Assembly (NCBI GenBank): GCA_041690295.1
Contig: JAWLHR010000001.1
Location: forward strand, 256,001 to 320,000
Origin: Bdellovibrionales bacterium
GTDB taxonomy: Bacteria; Bdellovibrionota; Bdellovibrionia; Bdellovibrionales; UBA1609
Direction: 5' to 3'
DNA: 64,000 bases
The translations under genes and the position numbers were made by a program. Shown here in pieces: positions 9,713 to 17,757 of the stretch. Position 1 is the first letter of the stretch. Every line of letters begins with the position of its first letter. The notes under the pieces are model-generated. The model was given only the letters and a program-made list of their open reading frames with translations, did no database searches and was not told the DNA's origin.

Positions 9713-10791
9713 GGTTCCCCCCTTCGCGCCGTCTTGATCACAGATTCCTTGATCCAGGGACGTGGGTCAATGGCATCTGTGAAGTGCCGGATTTCAAAGT
9801 AAACTCCTGGCCCAAAGAGAGGCGAACTGTGACCCGAAAGCGCGATCACGTCACCTTCTTTAACAGGCGCGCCCTCTTTGACCCGTAGCCGGGAGTTGTA
9901 CGCGTAAACCGAATAATAATTCTCGCCGTGATCGATGATGACGGTGTTGCCGAACCCTGGAATCCGAGTGGCCAACTCGACCTTACCGGAGAACACGGCG
10001 CGGACAGGTGTAAGTTGCGGTACGGAATAAAAGTTCCCTTTGTGCATAAGTCGAAACCTGAACTGCGGATCCACGTAGGTGCCGTATTCACGACGGAGCT
10101 TTCCGTTCACCGGCGGCGGAAGCGAGCCTCTTCGTTCAAAAAAAGCGAGGTCCACACTGGACTCGTCGCTCGCCGTTTGACTTCGGAGGTGGCGCAAGCG
10201 GGAAAGGTGACCTTCCTTGCTTTCTCTGAGTTCCGCGAGAATTTTGGATTTGGCGCGCATCTGTTCGGTGAGTTCCTCTTCGCGCGCTTGCATGCTTTTG
10301 CGCATGTTCAAGAGTTTCGCGGCGGCGACGGTCAACTGCCGTCTCTTTTTCTTTAGTTCCGCCAAGTGAGCCAGGTAGATCTTTACGTATTCATGATCGC
10401 TATCGACCATCCGGCGCAAAAACCTGTGATTGCGCTCAAGCTCAATGGGAGATTGCGCGCTAAACAACCAGGCCCAGGGATTGCGCGAGCGTCCTTGATA
10501 AAGCTGGCGCAATCTTTGATTCAGCATCTCTTTCTGCCTCACGGTGCGCGCTTCAAGCTCACCGACTTCGCGGGCCAATTCGCGGGCCGAAGCTTCCTGA
10601 CTGAGCAACCGGTCGTTTAAAGCCGCTTTTCGTTTCGCGATCTCTTTGATCTTTTGATTCAAAAGGAACAGTTGGCCTTTTTCTTCCCGCTGCTTGCGTT
10701 CCGTCTCGGAAATCTGGCTTCGCGCTTTCAAGATGGCGTCGTCTTCCCCGAATACGCCTTGCGCGACGAAGAGAATGGCCAGCCAGTACAT
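9709..10791 (-). CDS. envC: EnvC-like murein hydrolase activator (coiled coil + M23/LytM)
   Basis: Long coiled coil, then degenerate LytM domain (VIIDHG, YFEIR, IDP), downstream of ftsEX. Confidence 0.85.
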   Translation of the reverse strand: MYWLAILFVAQGVFGEDDAILKARSQISETERKQREEKGQLFLLNQKIKEIAKRKAALNDRLLSQEASARELAREVGELEARTVRQKEMLNQRLRQLYQGRSRNPWAWLFSAQSPIELERNHRFLRRMVDSDHEYVKIYLAHLAELKKKRRQLTVAAAKLLNMRKSMQAREEELTEQMRAKSKILAELRESKEGHLSRLRHLRSQTASDESSVDLAFFERRGSLPPPVNGKLRREYGTYVDPQFRFRLMHKGNFYSVPQLTPVRAVFSGKVELATRIPGFGNTVIIDHGENYYSVYAYNSRLRVKEGAPVKEGDVIALSGHSSPLFGPGVYFEIRHFTDAIDPRPWIKESVIKTARRGEP

Positions 10792-10792
10792 A

Positions 10793-11713
10793 TCAACTCA
10801 CCGCCGCCGACCAGCCCGTGTTGATTTTTCGCACACAATACCATGCGCCCAATACGCCGAAGATGAGCGCCGTGATCAGATTTATAATCACCATCCAGAA
10901 GGTCATTGGGCTCAATTGATCAAAGGCCATCCAGAACGCCCAACTTTTCGCGGACCAATTCAAGAGCCACTTGTGCAAACCCCAGCTGAGCGCGATCGAA
11001 GCCACCGATGAAAAAAGACCGATCACCGCACCTTCCAATAAGAAGGGAAGCCGAATGAAAGTCTTCGTCGCCCCCACCAGCTCGAGGATCTCGATTTCTT
11101 CGCGCCGCTGTGAAAATGATAAGCGAATGCAATTGCCCACGATCAGCAATCCCACAAACACACTTAAGATCCACATCACCAGCACCAGGCCTCGCGCGCT
11201 CACCAGAAATTTGGTGAAATTCTCAACCCATCCTTGGCCGTAAAAAACATCTTCAACGTACTCATAAGCCTTAAAACGCGCGCCCCAGGTCTCAAGCGTG
11301 GACACGCGGTTCGCCACCGGAACACTTGATTTCAGGCGAAGCTCAAAACTGGCCGGAATCGGTGAACTCCACTTGGGATCTTTCAAAAGTTCCAGTGATT
11401 CGGGGCCAAGGGCGGTTAAAAATTTTTGTGTCGCCTCTTCTTTTGCGGTGAAGCGGATGTCTTCGAAATCTCCGCTTTGCTCCACCATGGTTCTAAAACG
11501 CTCCAACGTTTCGCCGGCGGCGTTTTCCTTGAGATAAACGATCATTTCCAGACCGCGGCCCCATTGATCAATGGTGTGGTGAAAGGCGGAATAGCCGAGG
11601 AACAGGAAATTAAGCATGACCAAAACCAGGGTCATCACCGTGACCGAGGCCATTTGCAATCCCCAGTGCCGCTCCCACGCGCGTGCCAGCTGCTGAATCA
11701 AGTAATTCTTCAT
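10793..11713 (-). CDS. ftsX: Cell division permease FtsX
   Basis: IRLSFSQRREEIEILELVGATKTFIRLPFLLEG; adjacent to ftsE. Confidence 0.92.
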   Translation of the reverse strand: MKNYLIQQLARAWERHWGLQMASVTVMTLVLVMLNFLFLGYSAFHHTIDQWGRGLEMIVYLKENAAGETLERFRTMVEQSGDFEDIRFTAKEEATQKFLTALGPESLELLKDPKWSSPIPASFELRLKSSVPVANRVSTLETWGARFKAYEYVEDVFYGQGWVENFTKFLVSARGLVLVMWILSVFVGLLIVGNCIRLSFSQRREEIEILELVGATKTFIRLPFLLEGAVIGLFSSVASIALSWGLHKWLLNWSAKSWAFWMAFDQLSPMTFWMVIINLITALIFGVLGAWYCVRKINTGWSAAVS

Positions 11714-12363
11714 GCGCGCACCTCACCGGCGTTGATCTGCAACACGCGATAAGATTTACGTCGGATCAAATCGGTATCGTGAGTGGCCACGAACACGGTC
11801 GTGCCTTGGCCGTTGATCGCCTCGAGTAGTTTAAAAATTTCTCCACTCATGTGATGGTCAAGGTTTCCCGTCGGCTCGTCGGCCACCAGAACGCCGGGAT
11901 TATGAACCAAGGCTCGGGCCACCGCGACCCGTTGCTGCTCTCCACCGGAGAGTTCCTCGGGACGCGCATCAAGTTTTTGATCAAGGCCGACTTTACCCAA
12001 AACCTCGCGCACGCGGGTGTCGATCACCTTGGCGTCTTGGCCGAGCACGATCAGCGGGACCGCCACATTGTCATACACCGTTCGATCGCGAAGGAGCCGG
12101 AAATCCTGGTAAACCACGCCGATGCGGCGGCGAAAAAAAGGAATTTCGGCGGGGCTGATCTCGTTCACATCCTGGCCAAGCACGGTCACTCGCCCCGATG
12201 AGGGCCGATCGAAGGCCGAAATCAGGCGAAAGAGCGTGGTTTTACCGGCGCCGCTGGGTCCGGTGAGAAAAACGAATTCACCTTTTTCGATTTCGAACGA
12301 AACGTTACGCAAACCATGATAGCCGTTGGAGAAAATTTTGTAGGCGTGAGCGAAAGAGATCAT
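11710..12363 (-). CDS. ftsE: Cell division ATP-binding protein FtsE
   Basis: GPSGAGKTT, VYQDFRLL, LSGGEQQRVA, ADEPTGNLD. Confidence 0.95.
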   Translation of the reverse strand: MISFAHAYKIFSNGYHGLRNVSFEIEKGEFVFLTGPSGAGKTTLFRLISAFDRPSSGRVTVLGQDVNEISPAEIPFFRRRIGVVYQDFRLLRDRTVYDNVAVPLIVLGQDAKVIDTRVREVLGKVGLDQKLDARPEELSGGEQQRVAVARALVHNPGVLVADEPTGNLDHHMSGEIFKLLEAINGQGTTVFVATHDTDLIRRKSYRVLQINAGEVRA

Positions 12364-12384
12364 GCCTAAATAGTTTAACGGCGC

Positions 12385-12639
12385 TCAGAGAAGTTGGCCA
12401 GAAAGCAGCAGGTCCAGAATTTGTTGGTGCTGGATCTTCATCGCAAGCCGAATGGCCTTGCTTTCGGTTCTCGCGTTCTCCGGCAGCACCTCGTGATAGG
12501 CGGTTTTAACACTCTTGAGCACGGCACCGTTGTGGAACACGCGACTGACTAAATAAGGATTATTTAATCCCCAATCTTCGGTCTGGACATGGTATTGAGC
12601 GCCCCGCCAGGAAATGTCTGAATTGAATCCCTTTTCCAC
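12385..12639 (-). CDS. Small hypothetical protein upstream of ftsE
   Basis: GFNSDI...YHVQTEDWG...MKIQHQQIL; GTG start at 12639 inferred (open frame extends to 12729). Confidence 0.65.
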   Translation of the reverse strand: MEKGFNSDISWRGAQYHVQTEDWGLNNPYLVSRVFHNGAVLKSVKTAYHEVLPENARTESKAIRLAMKIQHQQILDLLLSGQLL

Positions 12640-12677
12640 ATTATTAATATGCGATTGCCCGGGAACGTATTCAAGGC

Positions 12678-12693
12678 TGTTTCGTAATGAGAC
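12678..12693. promoter_or_regulatory. TGTCTCA-N3-TGAGAC-like palindrome, copy 2
   Basis: TGTTTCG TAA TGAGAC. Confidence 0.4.
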
Positions 12694-12772
12694 GACGGGC
12701 TCGGCGCGCTGCCTAAAGATTGGTCGCACTTCCGCCTTAGGTCCGGGTTAATGCCGACTCTGCCATTAGTCC

Positions 12773-12800
12773 TCAAACGAAAGCCGGGAACGGCCGATCA
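12773..12800 (+). promoter_or_regulatory. Putative sigma28-like promoter
   Basis: TCAAA-N15-GCCGATCA, 11 nt before the ATG at 12812. Confidence 0.45.
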
Positions 12801-12811
12801 ATCCATTACGT

Positions 12812-14590
12812 ATGGCGGGTCGTGTTTTATCAACTTTGATTCTTCTCCTTTCGATCCTTGGATGTAACAGCGAGGATTCGGCGAGTGTGGCGACCGGTGG
12901 GCGAATTGATCCATCTTACAATGGTCCCGCGGAAACGGATTATTGCCCAGGTTCAACCAATTACACAGGTTCGACGGTCACGGTTAGCGGAACGGCCAAG
13001 TTCACGCGGCGTAATCCATGGGGAACGGAAGGTGCTGGGAACGGTGGTCTGGGTGGCGCACTCACAACCAGCCCGCATCCGGCCTCGGAACACCCCATTC
13101 GTTATGCCGAGGTCCGCATAACCGATCCCGCGGGCAACCTGGTCCAATGCGGAGAAACCGACGGCACGGGCGCTTTTTCCCTCACTGTTCCCACGGGGGC
13201 CGTGACCTATACCCTTTCCGTGATCAGCCGGTCCTATAATTCCAAATTGCGCGCTTCCGTTTTGAACCGGCCCGAACAGAACCGATTCTATTCACTTTCG
13301 CAAACTTTCACCGCGAGTAGCTCCGTGAATCTCGGCGTGCTGATGGCGAAGGCCTCGGGCGACAACCTCGGCGCCGCGTTTAATATCTTAGATCAGTTTT
13401 TGGAAGCGAATGAATACTTGCGCAGTGAGGTCGGAAACTGCAGCGCCACTTTGGCCGGTTGTCTGGATTTTACCGTTGCGCCCAAGGTGGTGGCCTATTG
13501 GGAAAACGGTTTCAATCCCAATAGCTATTTCGGCTCTTCCAGCGGATTAAGTTTTTATCTTCCGGGCTATTCACGCCTTTTCATTCTCGGCGGCAACAAC
13601 GGTGATGTGGACAATTCCGATACCGACCATTTCGACAACTCGGTGATTCTCCACGAATACGCCCATTTTCTCGAAGACAATATCTTCACTTCCGACTCGC
13701 CGGGCGGATCACACAATGGCGACCGGGTGATTGATCCCCGTCTCGCGTGGAGTGAAGGCTGGGGTAATTTCTTTCAGGCCGCCGTCCGGAATACCGCGAA
13801 GTACACCGACTCGTTGGGCAATGATGATGGAACGACTCGATTGATTTTCGATGCGGATCTTGAAACCGCCGACCGCGACGAACCGACCACGGACGGACAG
13901 GGGAACTTCCGCGAGTTTTCGGTCACGAGACTCTTATGGGATGCGGTTGATGCAAATGCGGACGGCCCCACCAACGGTGCGACCGACAATGTGGTTTCCG
14001 GCAAATTCAACGAAATCTGGGCCGCGCTGACCAAATCCAGCGATGGTTTCCGCGACGAAGCTTATGCGTTTCGCAATATCGGCCATCTCCATTTGGCACA
14101 GGTGGCATTAAACGCAACCGATTGGTCCACGATCCGAACGATGGAAAGGCAGCATCCCGACACTCGCGATTACGCTCAATATGTAACCACAGGCGCCTGC
14201 GCCGATGAATCGATCACGCCGATTTCAACAAACACCGCCACCAACGAACATTTTCAAACGAACAACAGATTTTACCATTTCCGCCCAACCAGCTCCGCCA
14301 CCTACACCATCACTTTGACTTACACGGACAACACCGGGCCTGGCGTCGTCGATCTTGACCTTTACGTCTATAACAAAAACGCCCGGTTCATGGTGGCACA
14401 AGACGTTATCGGATACAGCCACTCCCAACCCTCGGGCTTGGGTACCCACACTGAAACTGTCAATGTCTCTCTCACCGCGGGCACGGACTATCTGATCAAT
14501 GTGAACGCCTATGTCGGTGCGGGGCTCGGCGGAACCGCCACCTTCAATCTTAAAGTTAACGGGAGCCAGTTATGTCCGGCCACTCTTTAA
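12812..14590 (+). CDS. Lipoprotein zinc metallopeptidase (gluzincin-like) with C-terminal PPC-like domain
   Basis: Lipobox ILGC; VILHEYAH with downstream AWSEGWG; C-terminal DLDLYVY...YLINV. Confidence 0.75.
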   Translation: MAGRVLSTLILLLSILGCNSEDSASVATGGRIDPSYNGPAETDYCPGSTNYTGSTVTVSGTAKFTRRNPWGTEGAGNGGLGGALTTSPHPASEHPIRYAEVRITDPAGNLVQCGETDGTGAFSLTVPTGAVTYTLSVISRSYNSKLRASVLNRPEQNRFYSLSQTFTASSSVNLGVLMAKASGDNLGAAFNILDQFLEANEYLRSEVGNCSATLAGCLDFTVAPKVVAYWENGFNPNSYFGSSSGLSFYLPGYSRLFILGGNNGDVDNSDTDHFDNSVILHEYAHFLEDNIFTSDSPGGSHNGDRVIDPRLAWSEGWGNFFQAAVRNTAKYTDSLGNDDGTTRLIFDADLETADRDEPTTDGQGNFREFSVTRLLWDAVDANADGPTNGATDNVVSGKFNEIWAALTKSSDGFRDEAYAFRNIGHLHLAQVALNATDWSTIRTMERQHPDTRDYAQYVTTGACADESITPISTNTATNEHFQTNNRFYHFRPTSSATYTITLTYTDNTGPGVVDLDLYVYNKNARFMVAQDVIGYSHSQPSGLGTHTETVNVSLTAGTDYLINVNAYVGAGLGGTATFNLKVNGSQLCPATL

Positions 14591-15198
14591 GCGCGATATT
14601 TCTATTCATCGCTGTCGCCGCTATCGCTATGGCGACTCATATCGCTGACTTAAGAAAACAAGAACGACGCCCGGCGAGCGTCAAGAAAGAACAGCTCACG
14701 ACGGCTCCGCCTTTTAAACACACTGAAAAACTTCGCGGTCCATTGAACGCCATGATCGAGCTGATCGGAGCGCATCCGATCGCCGCGGGTGACGTGTTTG
14801 TTCTCCGAGGTCTCATTCATTCGACCAAAGATCTTCAGGATGTGGAATTTAAGTGGTCCATTCCCGCCGGACTGGAAGTGGTTAACGGCACAGTGGCCGG
14901 CACAATTTCCATCTTGAAGTCTAATCAACCAACCGAGGTGCAAATCACCCTTCGCGCGTTAGGTCCGGAAAACCGTCAAGTTCACCTGATCACCAACGCC
15001 GCCGACCGGGGCGCTCGATTCGCCGATTCCGCGCAATACAACACGGTTCTCCAAGCCAAAATCGATCAGCGACTGAAAGCCATGCGCGCTTCCACCGAAC
15101 GCGCCGGCTTCCGCGCCAAATCTTTACGGAAATCGGGCGCTAAACCGGGTCCCCAACCCGCCGACTCCAATCGCCACGGCTTGAAAATCTACGAGTGA
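14572..15198 (+). CDS. Hypothetical membrane-anchored beta-rich protein
   Basis: N-terminal TM; overlaps the peptidase stop. Confidence 0.65.
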   Translation: MSGHSLSAIFLFIAVAAIAMATHIADLRKQERRPASVKKEQLTTAPPFKHTEKLRGPLNAMIELIGAHPIAAGDVFVLRGLIHSTKDLQDVEFKWSIPAGLEVVNGTVAGTISILKSNQPTEVQITLRALGPENRQVHLITNAADRGARFADSAQYNTVLQAKIDQRLKAMRASTERAGFRAKSLRKSGAKPGPQPADSNRHGLKIYE

Positions 15199-15251
15199 CC
15201 GCCCGCTTTCTTCACATGAAAGCACGTACTCGCGAACAAGTCCGCATGATC

Positions 15252-15287
15252 CCGGCAAGTTCCAATGACAAGTCCCGGGACTTGTTC
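15252..15287. repeat. HNH-associated repeat copy 1, with perfect 18-bp palindrome ACAAGTCCCGGGACTTGT (15268-15285)
   Basis: Read directly; about 35-nt match to copy 2. Confidence 0.85.
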
Positions 15288-15437
15288 CTCGAAAATGTGC
15301 GATCCGCATTCCGAATTAGAACTGCGACATTGCATCCCAATCACGCTCATAAGGCGAGATCGCACCAGGCCGCGCCCGACGGAAAAGTCCCTACTTTGAG
15401 TCTTTTGTCTCGTTTCCAAAATTAAGAAAACAGGTCG

Positions 15438-15472
15438 CCAGCGAGTTCAATGACAAGTCCCGGGACCAGTTC
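15438..15472. repeat. HNH-associated repeat copy 2 (CAATGACAAGTCCCGGGACCAGTTC)
   Basis: 19-nt exact match CAATGACAAGTCCCGGGAC to copy 1. Confidence 0.85.
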
Positions 15473-15479
15473 TTATAAT
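15450..15479 (+). promoter_or_regulatory. Putative sigma70 promoter of HNH gene with palindrome in its spacer
   Basis: ATGACA-N18-TATAAT. Confidence 0.5.
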
Positions 15480-15659
15480 ATTCTAAAAACTAAGCATCTT
15501 GGTGATCTGTGGTGAACGTAAGAATCATTTTTGCCTTCAATGAAAGTGAGTGATTGAAATTTTTGACGAAAGTTTCATCCGGATTCTGGACGCGTTAGAA
15601 AATAAAACATATTTATATTTATCCGATTCATTGATATGTTCGATTGCTCTTGAGGGGGC

Positions 15660-16811
15660 GTGATCATGTCAGAATCTCATATGGATGCTCAATCTCGCGC
15701 GATGCGAATCCACCAAAATGCATTGCAAATTGTGAAGCAATATAGAAAATGTGAGGTTAATTTAATCGAAATTCTGCAAGCCGCGGACAAACATAAAGTC
15801 TATTTTACTCTCGGGCATAACTCACTTTTTAGATATGCCGTGGACGGCCTGGGACTGTCTGAAGAAGTTGCTTACATATTTATTAACGTGGCTCGCAAAG
15901 CGAGGGAAGTACCTGCCCTTAAAGAAGCGATCGCTCACGGTCAGATCACAGTATCGAAGGCGAAAAGAATTACTCCTGTTTTAAATCAACAAAACCAAAA
16001 GCAATGGCTGGATTTGGCGAAATCTGAATCCAAACGTGAGATCGAAAGACTGGTTGCGGCCACGTCGCCAAAACTTCAGGTTCGAGATAAAACGGCTTAT
16101 GTGAATCCATTGAACGAAGTTAAAGAGAGAGTGGCCGTCAAGGAAAGTCGCGTTCAACTTCAGGTGGGAATCGCAGAGGAAGTCATGCTTAAAATCCGCC
16201 GGGCACAAGAGGTGCTCAGTCAAAAACGCCAGCGCCCAGTCAGCTTAGAGGAAGTTTTGCACTCGGCCTTTTCAATGTATTTGTCTAAAGAAGATCCTCT
16301 CGAAATTGCAAAGCGCCAGAAGATAAAAGGTCGCCTTGGCCCTACGGAGTCGCAGCCGACTGAACAAATGGCGCCACTAAATGAAACTGCAAAGGCTAAA
16401 TTTACTGAACAAGACCTGGCGGTTGAGAGTCGATTCTCCGCTGAGAGTCGGGTCTCAGCTGAGAGCCGGGCCTCAGAAGGGAACAACCCACAAGTCCCGG
16501 GACCAGTTCCTTACATTAAAACACCTGGAACCCGCGAGGACGTAGGGGCACATGAACGCAAGCCTGTAAGCGCGGAACTTCGCCATAAGCTCACGCTCAA
16601 ATTTCAAGGGCAATGTGCGCACGTTGACCAAAATGGCAACAGATGCTCGGAACGGAAGTTTCTGCATGTCCACCATGTTCATCCGGTGTCAAATGGAGGA
16701 CGGAATGAGCTCAACAATTTAATCCTATTGTGCGCCGGACATCACCGCATGATCCATTTTCAACTGGAGCAACATCACCGCAAGGGTTTATTCTCCAATG
16801 GGGCAACGTAA
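15660..16811 (+). CDS. HNH endonuclease with N-terminal helical (DUF222-like) domain
   Basis: C-terminal CAHVDQNGNRC...HVHHVHPVSNGGRNELNNLILLCAGHH; N-terminal GHNSLFRYAVDGLGLSE...AIAHGQITVSKA; GAGGGGG RBS. Confidence 0.88.
   Translation: MIMSESHMDAQSRAMRIHQNALQIVKQYRKCEVNLIEILQAADKHKVYFTLGHNSLFRYAVDGLGLSEEVAYIFINVARKAREVPALKEAIAHGQITVSKAKRITPVLNQQNQKQWLDLAKSESKREIERLVAATSPKLQVRDKTAYVNPLNEVKERVAVKESRVQLQVGIAEEVMLKIRRAQEVLSQKRQRPVSLEEVLHSAFSMYLSKEDPLEIAKRQKIKGRLGPTESQPTEQMAPLNETAKAKFTEQDLAVESRFSAESRVSAESRASEGNNPQVPGPVPYIKTPGTREDVGAHERKPVSAELRHKLTLKFQGQCAHVDQNGNRCSERKFLHVHHVHPVSNGGRNELNNLILLCAGHHRMIHFQLEQHHRKGLFSNGAT
16425..16478 (+). repeat. 3 x 18-bp coding tandem repeat (ESRFSA/ESRVSA/ESRASE)
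   Basis: GAGAGTCGATTCTCCGCT GAGAGTCGGGTCTCAGCT GAGAGCCGGGCCTCAGAA. Confidence 0.85.
16490..16509. repeat. HNH-associated repeat copy 3, inside ORF (encodes QVPGPV)
   Basis: ACAAGTCCCGGGACCAGTTC, identical to 15453-15472. Confidence 0.88.
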
Positions 16812-16902
16812 CTACAATATCCATTTCCAAAATGGGGCAACCTCACGCGTAGTCCAATGCAAATGGAGCCATAACCACACAGTGCATTTCCAACGGGAGA
16901 AT
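16753..16902 (+). repeat. Degenerate tandem array, about 5 units of 30-34 nt, spanning the HNH stop codon
   Basis: Units at 16753, 16787, 16820, 16853 and 16883; consensus about TCCATTTYCAAATGGRGCAAC plus 10-13 variable nt. Confidence 0.65.
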
Positions 16903-16984
16903 TAGCTCAACGTACGGTGTGGGAAACAAAAGCGGTCAAGGCCAATCGGTTCATAAGTGAAGCTGGAGCGGATGATCTCCACGC

Positions 16985-17001
16985 AACTGGTCCCGGGACT
17001 T
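16985..17001. repeat. HNH-associated repeat copy 4 (inverted)
   Basis: AACTGGTCCCGGGACTT is the exact reverse complement of AAGTCCCGGGACCAGTT (15455-15471). Confidence 0.85.
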
Positions 17002-17081
17002 TTTCGCGCCCGCCCTAATTTCAATACGTTGATGATGAATGCGCATCCAGCGATCCAACGAGATCGAGTGCAAAGTCGACG

Positions 17082-17732
17082 TTAAACGGGAGTGACGATC
17101 AGGCGGTCGTTTTTGAGTTCGTGGCGGAGAATGCTTTGGATGGCGTCTAATGTGCCCATCATGGCGCTGGGGCAACCGCCGCACGCTCCTTGATAAAGAA
17201 TGGTTAGTTCATCGTTCGTGAAGCTGATGACTTCGATGTCGCCCCCGTCGGCCTGAAGACCCGGGCGAACGGTGCGATCCAGGATTTCTTCGATCATCTG
17301 AATTTGCGGATCGGAAGCCTGCGGACGAGGTTCTTTCTTTTTCTCCTGCTCACCAAAGGCGGGATCATGAACCGGCAACCGGCTGCGAATGACCGCGCAC
17401 ACCGCCGCCGACAATTGGTCGTTATCCAGCTCCCCGCTGTGAGTGACGGTTAAGGTATTCTGAAAGAAGTGGATCTGCTTCACGCCTTCGATCTGCAGGA
17501 GATCGCGAGCGAGCGGAAGATTCTCACATTCCGCCACGGAATTGAAGGTAGCCTTGCCCTCGCTCTTCAACGGCGCGTTCACCACGAACTTCCAGGCGAA
17601 TGGGTTCGGCGTCGGAAGAGTTCGAATCATGATGTCGGATTCAGAGGACGTCATGGCCACATCTCCCTTGCCAAGAAGGCGAGCCGCCCAATTTCGTATT
17701 CCCGTACCCAAACCTTTATTGGCAGACTCCAT
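17082..17732 (-). CDS. Nfu/NifU-family Fe-S carrier
   Basis: TPNPFAWKF N-domain; VRPGLQADGGDI...YQGACGGCPSA. Confidence 0.9.
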   Translation of the reverse strand: MESANKGLGTGIRNWAARLLGKGDVAMTSSESDIMIRTLPTPNPFAWKFVVNAPLKSEGKATFNSVAECENLPLARDLLQIEGVKQIHFFQNTLTVTHSGELDNDQLSAAVCAVIRSRLPVHDPAFGEQEKKKEPRPQASDPQIQMIEEILDRTVRPGLQADGGDIEVISFTNDELTILYQGACGGCPSAMMGTLDAIQSILRHELKNDRLIVTPV

Positions 17733-17757
17733 AATCTCTTTCCATCACTCAATAAAC

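Noticed and set aside
15189..15425. Two 76-aa ORFs on opposite strands upstream of HNH
   Set aside because: They have no recognisable product and overlap the palindromic repeat region, so they are likely spurious.
16753..16902. Canonical CRISPR array
   Set aside because: The repeats are degenerate, the spacers are only 10-13 nt, and the window has no cas genes; kept as a non-CRISPR array.
15200..17013. CGCCCGC direct repeat (15200-15206 and 17007-17013) as a target-site duplication
   Set aside because: It is only 7 GC-rich nt and is not flush with the repeats on both sides, so it is plausibly chance without an empty-site comparison.
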